Assembly: GCF_009914755.1 (NCBI RefSeq) | Contig: NC_060936.1 | Direction: 5' to 3' (one strand) | Length of the DNA: 64,000 nt | Source: the human T2T-CHM13v2.0 reference genome, Homo sapiens | Part shown: positions 1 to 13,647 of the stretch, in pieces | How positions within the stretch are numbered: the stretch's first letter is position 1 | Layout: each line of letters opens with the position of its first letter | Notes under the pieces: model-generated | What the model saw: only the letters and a program-made list of their open reading frames with translations | Database searches by the model: none | Told to the model about the DNA's origin: nothing | Translations under genes and position numbers: made by a program

Positions 1-469
1 TTAAAACTTAAATATTTAAACCAATCCAAATGGAATATTTTTCCCTCAGGGCTACAATGCTTATGACCTGTAATGCCACATTGAGACATAAAGAATCTAT
101 AGTTACACTATAAGCCTGGAATGCGTGCTTGATAATGTTGTTTTTCGAGTAGTCTCAAAGGTTTAGCTAAGCTGCGTCAATTGGTTTGTAATTTCTGCCT
201 CCCTGCTCTTCCTTCCCTTTCTAACTTCCTCATCTCAAATGACACTTGCATTGGTTAATAATCAGGAATGTTTGCTTTATAAAATGGCTTCCAGTTTTTC
301 AGTTTTTCTAACAAATACTTTATTGTGTGTAGTGCTATTCTAATATATCTTTTAAGGTTTATGGAGAAAAGAAAGGCTATATAGGAACTAAGAATTTTAG
401 AAAGAGTGGCAAAAATGAAAGAAAGAAAAGAAAAAAGAAACATGAGAATCATCTATTTCAGTCACTTGC

Positions 470-658
470 CTGAAAGTTTTGTCAGAGGCCTTGACAACCA
501 CACCAGAAATAAAGCAGTGGCCTATTGTCACTTTCAGTGGTCCATGTGTCTGCCCTCTGTTGATGGCCAAGTCATGAGGAGAAAGGCAGATAACTTGTCC
601 CAGTTCTATTACCACCTGAGAAGGTTGGCAATCTGAGATAGACTTTTGGGTGCCAGGG
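470..658 (-). other. Candidate internal exon C (189 nt, GC-AG type donor) of an unidentified minus-strand spliced transcript
   Basis: Minus strand: pyrimidine tract and acceptor ttcctttgatttttccttcatgttatag|CCC, donor CAG|gcaagt (consensus GC donor). Length is a multiple of 3. Only the phase-2 frame is open (PGTQKSISDCQ...KASDKTF, part of ORF 397..690). Unique sequence, no transcript evidence. Confidence 0.4.
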
Positions 659-789
659 CTATAACATGAAGGAAAAATCAAAGGAAACATTAAATTTGAA
701 AGCTAAAAGCTTAAACATGAGTGTGATTTTATGCCTTGGAACTAGAATAAAGCAAACAAATTAATAATAAAAGCAGTGACCCTTTAACA

Positions 790-1200
790 ATAATAGTAAT
801 AATGACAATAATGACACTGAGTAAAACTGGCAAGCTTACTCTTTGCTAGTCACTGAGCTAAGTGCTTTACACATATTATGTCTTCTCTTTTAATCCTCAC
901 ATCAACCTTATGAGATATTATTTCCATTTTGCAGGCAAAGAAGCTGAAGGATTGAACAGCTAAATAATAGTAGTAATAGTAGTCACAGTGACAACAATGA
1001 TAACAATAAAAACATTGTTTTAAAGATTTTACATGTTACCTAATTTAATCCTAAATAACAAGCCAATTATATAGGTTATAGAATTAGAAACTACACACAA
1101 GAAAACTGAGGCATACAGAGGTTAAATTAATTTTCCAAGGTTACTAAGCAAATACATGATAGTGCTAGAATTCGGACTCAGGCATTTTGGCCTCAGGGTC
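790..1200 (-). mobile_element. MIR SINE remnants (two fragments)
   Basis: Antisense MIR core motifs: ctaagtgctttacacat...tttaatcctcac...cattttgcagg, and gaaaactgaggcatacagaggttaa...ccaaggtt. Confidence 0.6.
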
Positions 1201-1466
1201 AAGGTTACTAAGGATTATGGTCAAAGATAAAGTATAAGGTCACCAAGGTCACCAAGCATTATGGATCAAGGTCACCAAGCATCATGCTCTACCATCTCCC
1301 CAGAAGCAAAGTATAAATAAACGTAGATGTTGTACATCAAAACACAACTCACAACAGTTTCTTATTTGCTCTATTTCAGTGATGGAACTCAGTTGATGTT
1401 AGGCCAAATATGAAAGTATACTTCTGGTTGCTTAAGCTCTTCACATATGCCATATATGGATCAGCT

Positions 1467-1615
1467 AAAGAGACCCGCTTATCCTGATTTGTTCAGGGCT
1501 TTCCCAGTTTTAGCACTGACTATACCACATCCCAGGAAACCTTTCAGTTCTGGATAAACTGAGAAAGTTGGTAACGGAAGCATGGAATATGAATATTGCT
1601 TAATTGGTAACCCTA
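1467..1615. mobile_element. MER81-like hAT-Blackjack MITE, right end interrupted by a short insertion
   Basis: Resembles the recalled MER81 body (cagggctttcccagttttagcactga...cccaggaaacctttcagt...ttggtaac) and ends in ttggtaacccta. ttggtaac occurs twice. Confidence 0.55.
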
Positions 1616-4428
1616 GTCCCACCCCAATATTATTTCCAGTTGAACATTACCAAGAAGAGAATTGAGACATTTCTTGTAGGAAGCCCAGCAAATATACCCT
1701 ATCTTAAGCCTCCTGTTTTGGCACTTAGCAACTTTGTAACTTTCAATTCCTCCAACTTTCATGCCTAGGAAAGACTCAATGAAACTGGATTGGGATTAAA
1801 GAATTCATTGCTGCTAAGAAAGAAATATACTTACATGTACCATTCAGTTCTTCCTGATGTTTTTCCCTCTCTACCATACTCCACCAAAGCCAGCCCCCAA
1901 CTCATCTGGGCAGACAGGCCAGATCCTAAAGGCTGTGACCTTCACTAAGATTACAGGATAAGAGTCAACAGGGTTTTCTGCCAAGGGACCCCTTATCTCT
2001 GGACAGCCTCAGAGAACAGCATCCCCAATTAAGTTTTTTGTGTTACATGGGCACTTACAAAAATACTTATTTCCAGTCTTTGAAAAAGCCAGTCTTGCCA
2101 GCAAATGTTGGAAAACACAAACATTTAATAGCACACCTGCATTTGGTAAATTTTGACAGAAAATAGAATAAATATATTTAGCAATATCAGTGACCATTCT
2201 TAGTAAATAAAGCCTTGCTATCTTGAAAAAGAAAACTGAAACAATTTTAAAGCACTGCATGAAAATCCATATTATGTTAAAAGCAAATCTGACTTGCTCG
2301 ATGGAGTCACACATTCTCACACAGCATTTCTCAAGTGCCAATTATATGCTGGACACTAGTAGCTTGGAAGGGTATAATTCAGTAAGACAAAATATAAAAT
2401 AAATAATACTAAAAGGACTGTGTCCAAAGTGCCATAAAACAGATTACCTCTGACATGGAAGCTTTGGAGTAGGAAATGAGAGTGCTAAGCAGACTAGGAA
2501 GAGAAGAGCCTTCCAAGCCAACAAATGTTATGTGCAAAGAAACGGAGCTTAGATGGGTTTGATGTTCTGGAGGAATCTCAAATCATTTTCTGTGGCTGGG
2601 ATATAGCATGAGAGAGAGGGGCTGTAGGTAATACTAGAAAAACAAGTAGCTTTTAAAATTACTTTTGACAGCAGGCTTTCATATTTGTGTCAAGAATACA
2701 GTGGACATACAGTAATAATTTTATTAATGATGATGCTAATTAGTAACATTTATTGAGCACAAACTATTTTCTAGGTACTGTGCTACAAGCTTTACTTGGC
2801 TTTTCTCTGGTTAGAATAATTAACCTATTGCTATGAAAAATATGTTTTCTAAAGCAAAAACAAAAATATTATTGAGAAGAGGGGTAATATTTATATTCTT
2901 ACAAATCTCTCTAATACCTGCCTTAAATATAGCTGGCTCTAATATCTATGTCTGCCTTAAAAATGTGATGTTTTGCTTGAAGTTTATCTATCTGTCAGGT
3001 ATCAGGCTATATGCTGGACAGCAGAAATATGATGATGAAGAAACAGATGTGATCCCTCTGTTCATGGAGCCTGCAGTCTACTGAAAGATGCAGTCCATCA
3101 ACCACAATTGTACCAATAACTTCTTAATTGTTACTGCAATAACAGCTAGAAAGGAAAATTGAAGAGTGCAGTCAGAATGTCTGACCAAGGGGAAATGACC
3201 TAGGATGAGGAATCTGGAACTGGGTTATTTGCAGATATAAACACAAAACAAACTTCAGAAAAAAGGAAAAACATATCTTCATATTTTAATTTAAAATATT
3301 AATTATAAAATAAAATTTATTATTAGTAAATTCACATTGAAACAATCAGCTACCAGATGGAAGCTTTGGATTTCAACTAGATTCCTGTCTATCAGCCAGC
3401 AATTAGGCATTGTGAAAGGCATATTCTTAAACCATGACGTACCAAAGATTTGCGGTTTTAAAAGCAATACAGTCAGGCTGCAAAACTTACAAAATTATTT
3501 AGTTTTGTATTACTTCCTTTATATGTCCCCAAAAAGCAAGATTTGGAAATTTTTCCATTTTAGTTTTTGCAGTCATGGGAGAACATTTTTTTAATTACAC
3601 ACATTTTTAGCTTCTTAAACTTAGATTTTTTCAAGTGGACTAAAGTTTATTAGCATATTCTTTTTCAGGGATCAAATGTTCTGTTTTCTAAGTAGCAACA
3701 GTGACAATAAAAGGAGTATGCTGAGATTTTGGAAATGTCAACACTCCTTCTGGATTCTGAACCAGGAGCCAGAGATAAATGAGCAACTCTATAATGTTAG
3801 ACTGGTGAGCACAATGCAAACTGGGGGGTTAAAATGTGCCTCTGTTGCTTCCAGTCTCAAATCCAGGCCTAGAAGCCTATAGACTTTCAGAGCTTAACTA
3901 TAGCCCTACTGACCACACAGGAAACCCCAGCCTGCCTCTGTAGAGCAAGGAGCAGAACAGAATGAGGGAGGCCTAGGGAGAGGAAGATCTTGAGAAGCCA
4001 GATGGGGTCTGGGCCTTGCAAGCAAGGTCTGGGGCCGTTTTTTTACTCTCACCAGTGGGTATGTTTTCTTCTCCTCCTCTTCTTCCTCCTCCTCCTATAG
4101 GAAGAGGCTAGTGGACAAAGAGAGAAAGGACTGAGGGAGGAACTTAGGAAAAGGAAGAAAACATTTGCTCTCTACAAATAAGATGAAACTTAAAATCCGG
4201 GTCTAGGAATAAGTAGGAATAGTTTATCTTTGTTACTTTCTCTGTGGCTAACAATTTAGAAGCAGAAGAATACAAAGAAGCTCTCCAAAGAACTGAACTT
4301 TTCTGAAACACAGTTTCCTTATCTATACAATTGGGGTGGAGGGTGGTTAAAGTAATATTAGCTCAAAACCAAACAAATCAATTGAGAGAATACATGCATA
4401 CCCACTATTCAAACAAATCAGTACTTAA

Positions 4429-4743
<315 letters not shown>

Positions 4744-5748
4744 TAATATTCAATTATTTCTTATTGATTACAACTTTGTTTGAAGGTGGCAAGAGGTACA
4801 ATGTTGCCACCAACAGTAAAGAATGCACCATATTCAGTTTCTCAAAATTTTCACTAAAGTTTCTAGGGATGAGTAGTTCTTAAAAATATTCCCAAATGTC
4901 TCCGTATCTCTTTCTTTCCCTTTCTTTCTGTTTTTCTGTGGGGAGATGGATTGTCTAGAGAGCCTGCTTTTTTGTATTAAATGATGGGTAGAATTTTAAA
5001 ACTCCCTTGGGAGTAGATTCTTTGTGTCATCTATGTGAAAAGACTTTTTGCTCTGTTCACAAAATCCCCAAATAAAACCTGATTCATCATAATTCAGCCC
5101 TAACATCAGATTTAGAAATGCGTGAAGTAATCTATGTACTTGCAATTTAGGACTTAATTTAGAACTCTGAATTGAGGGCTTTTTACAATCCAACTAATTT
5201 GTTACACCTAGATATCACTACAAAGATTGCATATATTTTATAAAGTAAACTCCAGTTTGAGGTTCTCGGGTAATTATTTTAATAAGTGCCATGGTTTCCA
5301 CACACACACACAGATAAAATTAGCTGCTCATCATTATTTTAGACTTATCTTTTTGTGGTTTTAAAAAATGTGTGGTATTCTTTAAAATATAACCATATGA
5401 CTTTAATGCACTACCAGTTTATTACAACTTTTTCACAATTTCCTTAGTGTATTTTAATTGCATCTAAGACACCCTGCCACACCGCCTTTTTTTCTTCCCT
5501 TATTTTTTTATTTTCTCCTCATTTTTCAGAATCTTAGACTATACATTTTCCTCAAACACATTTTGGCAAGAGTGTGTTAAATATTTTAAATAATAGAAAA
5601 AAATAGTGAGCCTATGAAGATATCAAAAGTCAGTGTAGGCCTGGGATAAAGTTGGGATGCATTTTCCCCAGTTTGCCTCAAATACATACTCTCTTTTGAT
5701 TTTTATTTCCATAGAAATCAATGAGTCTATTTATAAACGTCCATATAG

Positions 5749-6067
<319 letters not shown>

Positions 6068-7119
6068 GGCTCATTTTTCAGTTTTAATTATTGATCTTAG
6101 AGCCCATTTCATGATTGATTCACCTGCTGTATATCTGCATAGATTAAGTAGAATTTCTGCCAGCAAAATATTTGTTTACTGGTTTACTGTGTAAAACAGA
6201 GGTTTGATATAGTCTAAAGCTGTGTTGGTTGGGGAATTCTGCTTTTGTGTCTACTCAGAAAATCTTTCTACCTCAATTACCAATATAATTGAATTTCAGC
6301 ATGTATAGCACCAATTAGTGCATTCAATATGGTCATACTGCTTTGTTCCATCTCTTCCTTCTAGTCCCCTTCCATCTCCATATCGGAGAGAGGCATATGT
6401 TTCCAGATTCTTGTTGTGTATCACAGCTGTGTTAAAAGGCCCAAGCAAATAACTAGTTTGGATATTTTGGCTCCACAGTTTTTCTTTTGGTATCATTGTT
6501 ATGCTCCTAACACAATTTGGGCAATAGCTCTGCCAAATTCCTTGTGGGGGTGGTAGGGGGGACGGCCTCTTTGTTTGTTTGTTTTAATGGATTAAAAAAA
6601 CCTCTTAGTAAAATTAAGTCTAACTCTCGAACATGTTTGTGAAAAGATTGTTTATAGATGTTAAAGGATCTAGTGTACTGAAGTCATCTAGCAAATATTA
6701 CAGCAGAGCAGCAGGTATGCTTATGTAATTTAAATTCAATTATACATATGTAGGAGACAGAGAGAAAAAGACATCATTTGATTTTGTCCTCTGTCCTCGG
6801 GATGAATTTATGGCTGTGAGTGAACATGAAATGAACAACGTGAATCTGTTGTTTCCCAAGTTATCTAACTTCTGCCTAAGTGAGAGTATCTTGCTACGGT
6901 GAGTGTGATCTTCATTTATAAATATGCAGTACATATTTTTTTTTTACAGCATGGTCCTTAAGTGCCTTCCATGCAAGCCAGCTATCACCTGGTGCTTAAC
7001 GAAAGAAACAGAGCTTTATTCTAAGGCTGGAGGAACAATTGTATTGAACTTATTGAAAGCCAGTACCATACTGTATTTGAAGGTCATTTTCAAGGGCATT
7101 ATTTTTTCTATTTTAATTA

Positions 7120-7411
7120 AACTTAATTTTGTTTGTAAATACAGTGTTGCATTCTGTCTCCCAGGCTGGACTACAGTTGGCACTATCATGGCTCAGTGCA
7201 GACTGCACCTCCTGGGCTCAAGCAATCCTCCTGCCTCAGGCTCCTAAGTAGCTGGGACTAGAAGTGCACCACCACACCGAGACAATTTTTGTGAATGTGT
7301 GTGTAGAGATGAGATCTTGCTTTGTTGCCCAGGCTGGTCTCAAATTTCTGACCTCAAGTGATTCTCCTACCTCAGCTTCCCAAAATTCTGGGATTACACC
7401 ACACTCAATCC
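7120..7411 (-). mobile_element. Alu, AluJ-type, diverged
   Basis: ccaggctgga...ctgggctcaagcaatcctcctgcctcag...gttgcccaggctggtctcaaa...gggattaca. Confidence 0.9.
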
Positions 7412-7531
7412 TTTATTTTTATTTTAAGCACTGAGATTAAAGTTTATTCCATGTGAGATGCTACTATGCTGTAAAGCCATCAATTAGCAGTCTAAACCAT
7501 AATTTATCTTAGTATAATCTATAGTTTTGTG

Positions 7532-8768
<1,237 letters not shown>

Positions 8769-9339
8769 TAACGTGATAACTGTTTTAGTCTTGACTACAT
8801 CTTTTGTTGTTGTTATTGTGAGGAATAGTGAGAGTTGGTCTTATCTGCTTCACAGTTAGACACCAGGCTTGCATTGCAAGAGTGCAGAGGCAGTGCTCAG
8901 AGGGACAGAAGGAGGTCCAGCCACCACTTATTCATCAGCTGCAACTGTGGATCTAACCAGCATCCTGGTGCTCATTCTTCTTCACAAGTCAAAAGAGTTG
9001 TTTATACCCTCAGCCTCCACCGCTTCACCAATGTTTCATTTGTAGCATTCCATTATGACTTCTGAACCACTACCGTCCTGAGACTTCTTTGCCAAGGTCA
9101 CAGATCATCATTTTGTTGCTAAAGTAAGTGAATATTTTACATTCTTTCCCCAGTTAACCTAGCACCATCATTAGCTATAATAAATATTTCCTTTTTCTTG
9201 AATATAGACTCCAGATTTTTTTTTAATCGTCATAATTTCCTATTACCTTCTTGGCTGTTTTTCTTAGTTTTTTGACTCTCATCTTATACATGTATAGGTT
9301 ACATGCCTGCAAGGGACATTTTCATAACTTCAATCTCAC

Positions 9340-9680
9340 CACAGAGGTTGAACTGGAAATCTCCACATGACCCAAACCTGGTCAATTAAACTATTCCAGG
9401 ATTTATGTGGGTAGCAGCCATCAATGAAGAATTATGTCTTTTCTGCTGACAGTGAGAAGAATGTTAGCACAGTACTTCTGGGGTTCAGAAAAATGAGACC
9501 ACCTAAGTGAAAAGTAGACAGAGACTCAGTCCTGATGAATTCACTAAGTCCCTGAATCCAGGTGGGTCTGAAGCATGAAGTATATGTCCGCATTTTTTCA
9601 TAACATGAACCAATACATTTTCTTGATTGTTTGAGGGAGGTTTTATTTCATTTGCAAATGAAAGAGTCTTTGATGATAGA
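9340..9680 (+). mobile_element. MaLR LTR fragment, MLT1K/L-like
   Basis: cacatgacccaaacctggtcaat...cctgatga...cctgaatccag...tgaaccaatacatt...ttgcaaatgaaagagtctttgatgata, resembling an MLT1 3' end. Confidence 0.5.
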
Positions 9681-9873
9681 ATACTTCCCTCCCACCTACC
9701 CAGCCATCCCCACATATATGCTTATATACGTATATCTCCACACCCCTCACCCTTTGGGGTTTTATTTCATTTGCAAATGAAAGAGTCTTTGATGATAGAA
9801 AACTTCCCTCCCACCTACTCACCCATTCCCACATATGTGCTTATACACGTATCTCCACACCCCTCACCCTTTG
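9639..9873 (+). repeat. Tandem duplication, two ~119-bp units
   Basis: ggttttatttcatttgcaaatgaaagagtctttgatgatagaa...ccacacccctcaccctttg occurs at 9639 and again at 9758. Confidence 0.95.
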
Positions 9874-11479
9874 TTTGGACTGCAGGCTCCATAGAAATAA
9901 TTTTCTCTTAGAGATCTTAGTTTGGATGTCCACTGGCACCACGCATTTAACATGTCCACTTCTATTCACCCAATTTCCCAACTCAAAACTTGAGCATGAT
10001 CTTTGACTCTCTCCTCTCCTTAGCCCACCCTCATATCCACATCAATTATCCAATCCTATTAATCTACTCCTAAATTGTTCCTTGTGCCAACTAATTGTCT
10101 TCATTCTCACTGCCCGATAGAGGGTACACCACTATTTCTTGGCTGGATTACTCTCACAGTGTAACTGCCTTCAGGCTATCCTTTGTGTTAGAGCCATAGT
10201 GATTTGTCCAAAGTACAAATCTCACTATCGCATTCTGTTTAAGACTTTATATGCCTCCCCTTTGACCACAGAGAACCATGAACCCAAATTCTTTAATGTG
10301 GCTCATAGGTTTTTTTTTTTTATCATCTGTTGTCTCCTCACCTCTCCAACCTCAAATTCTGTTATTGCCTCCACCTACACAATCATCTTACACACATCAT
10401 GCTACTTTTAATCCCTGAAATAGGCCATGCTTTCTCTGTCCTCGGGGACTGTCTATGCTGTTTCCTCTGCTTTAGAATACTCTTCTCCACTGCTACACCT
10501 GGTGGAATTCTACACACCCACAGGAAAATTTCTTCTCCTTGAGTTTTCACTCTTGTAGGACAACTTCCATGACTGAATGGAATGTCTTTTCTGTGTGTCT
10601 TTAGCTCCTGAACCACATTTACACATTGCTATTTTAATTGCCTGTTTATGTTGTCATTGTTGATTTCTCTCACCTACTCTGAATGCAGACCACTTTAGAA
10701 CAAGGATCTCAGTGCCTACAATGGTGCTGCTTCAAAACTACTTGTGTAAATGAGTAAATGAACAGTGATTGAATAATCAGTTATGCCATAAAATTGGCAT
10801 AGATTGAGTTTTCTGTTTACATAACTATCTAAGCCTCTCTCTGATATTCTAAGCAGCTCAGGCAGGAACAAAAGTAAAACAAAAAAATTAATAGAGTGTT
10901 TTGATAGAGGAATTTTAGCTCTTTCTTGAAACTTTTTCACTTTCCCAAACTCATTTGATTGATGTTACGTGTAAAATTAGGGAAAGGTTTATATCAAGAA
11001 AAATGAGGGCATGCCTTTATAATTTTCCAAATCTATTTTATTATCAAAACACAGACCTTTTGACCCCAGTTTACATATTCATTTTTAAGTTTAAAATAAT
11101 AAAATTACCCAAGAGCTAGGTTGATAGTTCATGAAGAAAATTGTGCTGCTCTATGATAACTGACTAGGTGCTTTACACAAAATATAACAGTGGAGAAGCT
11201 GACCTGATAAGCCCTGATGTGAGAAGAAAAGGAAATACAGCAAGAGGAGAAATAAAGGACACTCTGGAAAGAACCCAGGTTTCACAGTAAAATAAGACAA
11301 TCTCCTTGCTTTTCCTGATCTCGCCTCACCCCACCACCAACATACATGGCCTGTTCTTAATATATTACTGCTTGGTTACCAAGTATGGTTTCAGTAATTG
11401 GGTTTCTTGGCAAAATAAAGCATCAAACATAAGGAACAGAAAATGTAGCAACAAATTAGCAAATTGCTAAAGCCTATCT

Positions 11480-12110
11480 TCTGTGAATCTGCTTTTTCTC
11501 CCTGCCAATCTATTTTTCATAAGAAAGTCAAAGGAATATTTTAAGAATTCAAAACTGATCAGATTGTTCTTCAAACCTTTTAACATCTTCCCATTGCCTT
11601 TGGGATAAGGCCCTAAATCCGCAATATGCCTATTAGTCCTACACAACCCACCTTCTGCTGGCTACTTTGTGTAGATCAAATGTCCCTTCCCTGGTCTTTC
11701 TCCATATTCTGGCCAATATGGAAAAATTTCACTTTTTTGAAGGCACCACACTCTTTCTTGGCTCAAACCTTTTGTACATGCTGTTATTTCTACCTAAAAC
11801 AGTTTGATACCAACCTCCCTATTTGCTTAATTAAATCTTATGTACCCATTACACCTCAGCTTATCTCACTTTCTCAAAGACTCTTCTAAGCTATCAGAGT
11901 GGCTTATGTCACTTTCACCTTGGCTACTCCCTTCCAATGACCTTGACCCTTTTGGGGTGTGCTTATCACTCTTAACAATTCTCTTATTAGATTATAAACT
12001 CCATGAAAACAAAGATTGTGTCTGGTCATTTTCATTGCAGCTCTGTTGGCTAGCACAGTGCCTTACAACTACTGGTGGTTAATAAATGTTTGTTGAATCA
12101 ATAAGTGCAT
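11480..12110 (+). mobile_element. L2 LINE 3' remnant
   Basis: Ends tagcacagtgcc...aataaatgtttgttgaat (L2 tail). Upstream ttagattataaactccatgaaaacaaaga motif. Confidence 0.65.
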
Positions 12111-12625
12111 CATCAGGAGGAAGGGAATTAGACATGTATGTAGTTCACATATTAGCTGAGCCTGCTGAACCTCAGTAATGTTTTGTCATCAATTGCTTTG
12201 GCAGTAACCAAGCCAAATTTCCTAAACTGTGTTCCAATATATCTTGTCTCATGGCTCACTAAAAATGTTATTTAAATTTTACATATACATATAAATGTCT
12301 TTTAACAGCTTTTATTCTATGTTACTAAATATTCTTTAGCTACCAAAATGCATGCACTGACAACTTTAAGACCATGTAAAATCAGTAGTCCTGGATGCTC
12401 AAAACCTTTTACAATTGTGGCCACGTAGCCCATCTCAGAGTTATACCAGTCCTCTTCCATTTTATTGGCAGTTTTTAAGCACAATTTAAAATCATCCTGT
12501 ATATTTCTGCTCCATCATTCTGTGCAATAGCTCTAGTTTCTGATAGCATATAGCCTCAAACAAAGGTATCAAAGCTCACTTGAAAGCCAGCCTTACCAGA
12601 GAAGTTTAGAAAAAAAGTCTTGTCT

Positions 12626-12989
<364 letters not shown>

Positions 12990-13424
12990 TTACCTCATGC
13001 CTGCTACACACCCTCTTCCCTTCCAGGAAGGAGTCCAGTTTCTTAAGAATTTGCAAATCTGGTTGGGTTAATCCCCAATTTCCACCCTGGTCCTTTTACT
13101 TTTAATTTTTAAAAACTACTTACATAATTTTAAAAAGTAAAATGAGGCTTATATAGAAAATTTGGTTTATCTGTTCTTTCTAATAACCTACCTCTTTATT
13201 TTTTCCAGGATATTTTTGTTCAAATTTATCTTCCAACTATTCTTTTAGATTTTTTTTATTTATGGTTCTTTATTTTTTAATTTCCAAATGCTAGCTTTTG
13301 TTGTATGAATCTTCCTTATTGCTTCCCATTTTTATGTAATATAATTTCTTTTTGTTTCTCTTCAATTACGTTTCACAAAAAGTTTCTTCTGTTCCTTTCA
13401 TTATCTTTGTTTAAATTTCATACT

Positions 13425-13647
13425 TTTTTTTTTTTAATTTTTGTCTTTTTCATTGTTTGTTTGTTTGTTTGTTTGTTTGTTTGTTTTGAGATGGAGTCTC
13501 GCTCTGTCACCCAGGCTGGAGTGCAGTGGCGTGATCTCGGCTCACTGCAACCTCTGTCTCCTGGGTTCAAGCGAGTCTCTTACCTCAGTCTCCCACCTCA
13601 GTCTCCCAAAGTGCTGGGATTACAGGCATAAGCCAGCACTCCCGGCC
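13425..13647 (-). mobile_element. Monomer-length chimeric Alu (left-arm 5' joined to right-arm 3'), (TTTG)n tail
   Basis: Right-arm sequence runs directly into left-arm cccaaagtgctgggattacagg with no A-rich linker. 13-bp tandem acctcagtctccc at the junction. Confidence 0.85.

Larger units (their letters stand above)
9010..10760 (+). mobile_element. L2 LINE remnants, interrupted at ~9300-9900
   Basis: Pyrimidine-rich L2-like motifs (ccaaggtcac...ttgctaaa, ttggatgtcc...tttaacatgtcc, tctttgactctctcctctcc) and an L2-type tail ttgtgtaaatgagtaaatgaa. Confidence 0.55.

Noticed and set aside
165-260. Half-CRE plus CCAAT motifs (tgcgtcaattgg, attggtt) as a promoter
   Set aside because: Short motifs with no CpG island or other support. 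Cannot be distinguished from chance.
406-636. Plus-strand 76-aa ORF overlapping candidate exon C
   Set aside because: It begins in low-complexity A/G sequence, shows no recognisable homology, and its splice signals are weaker than on the minus strand.
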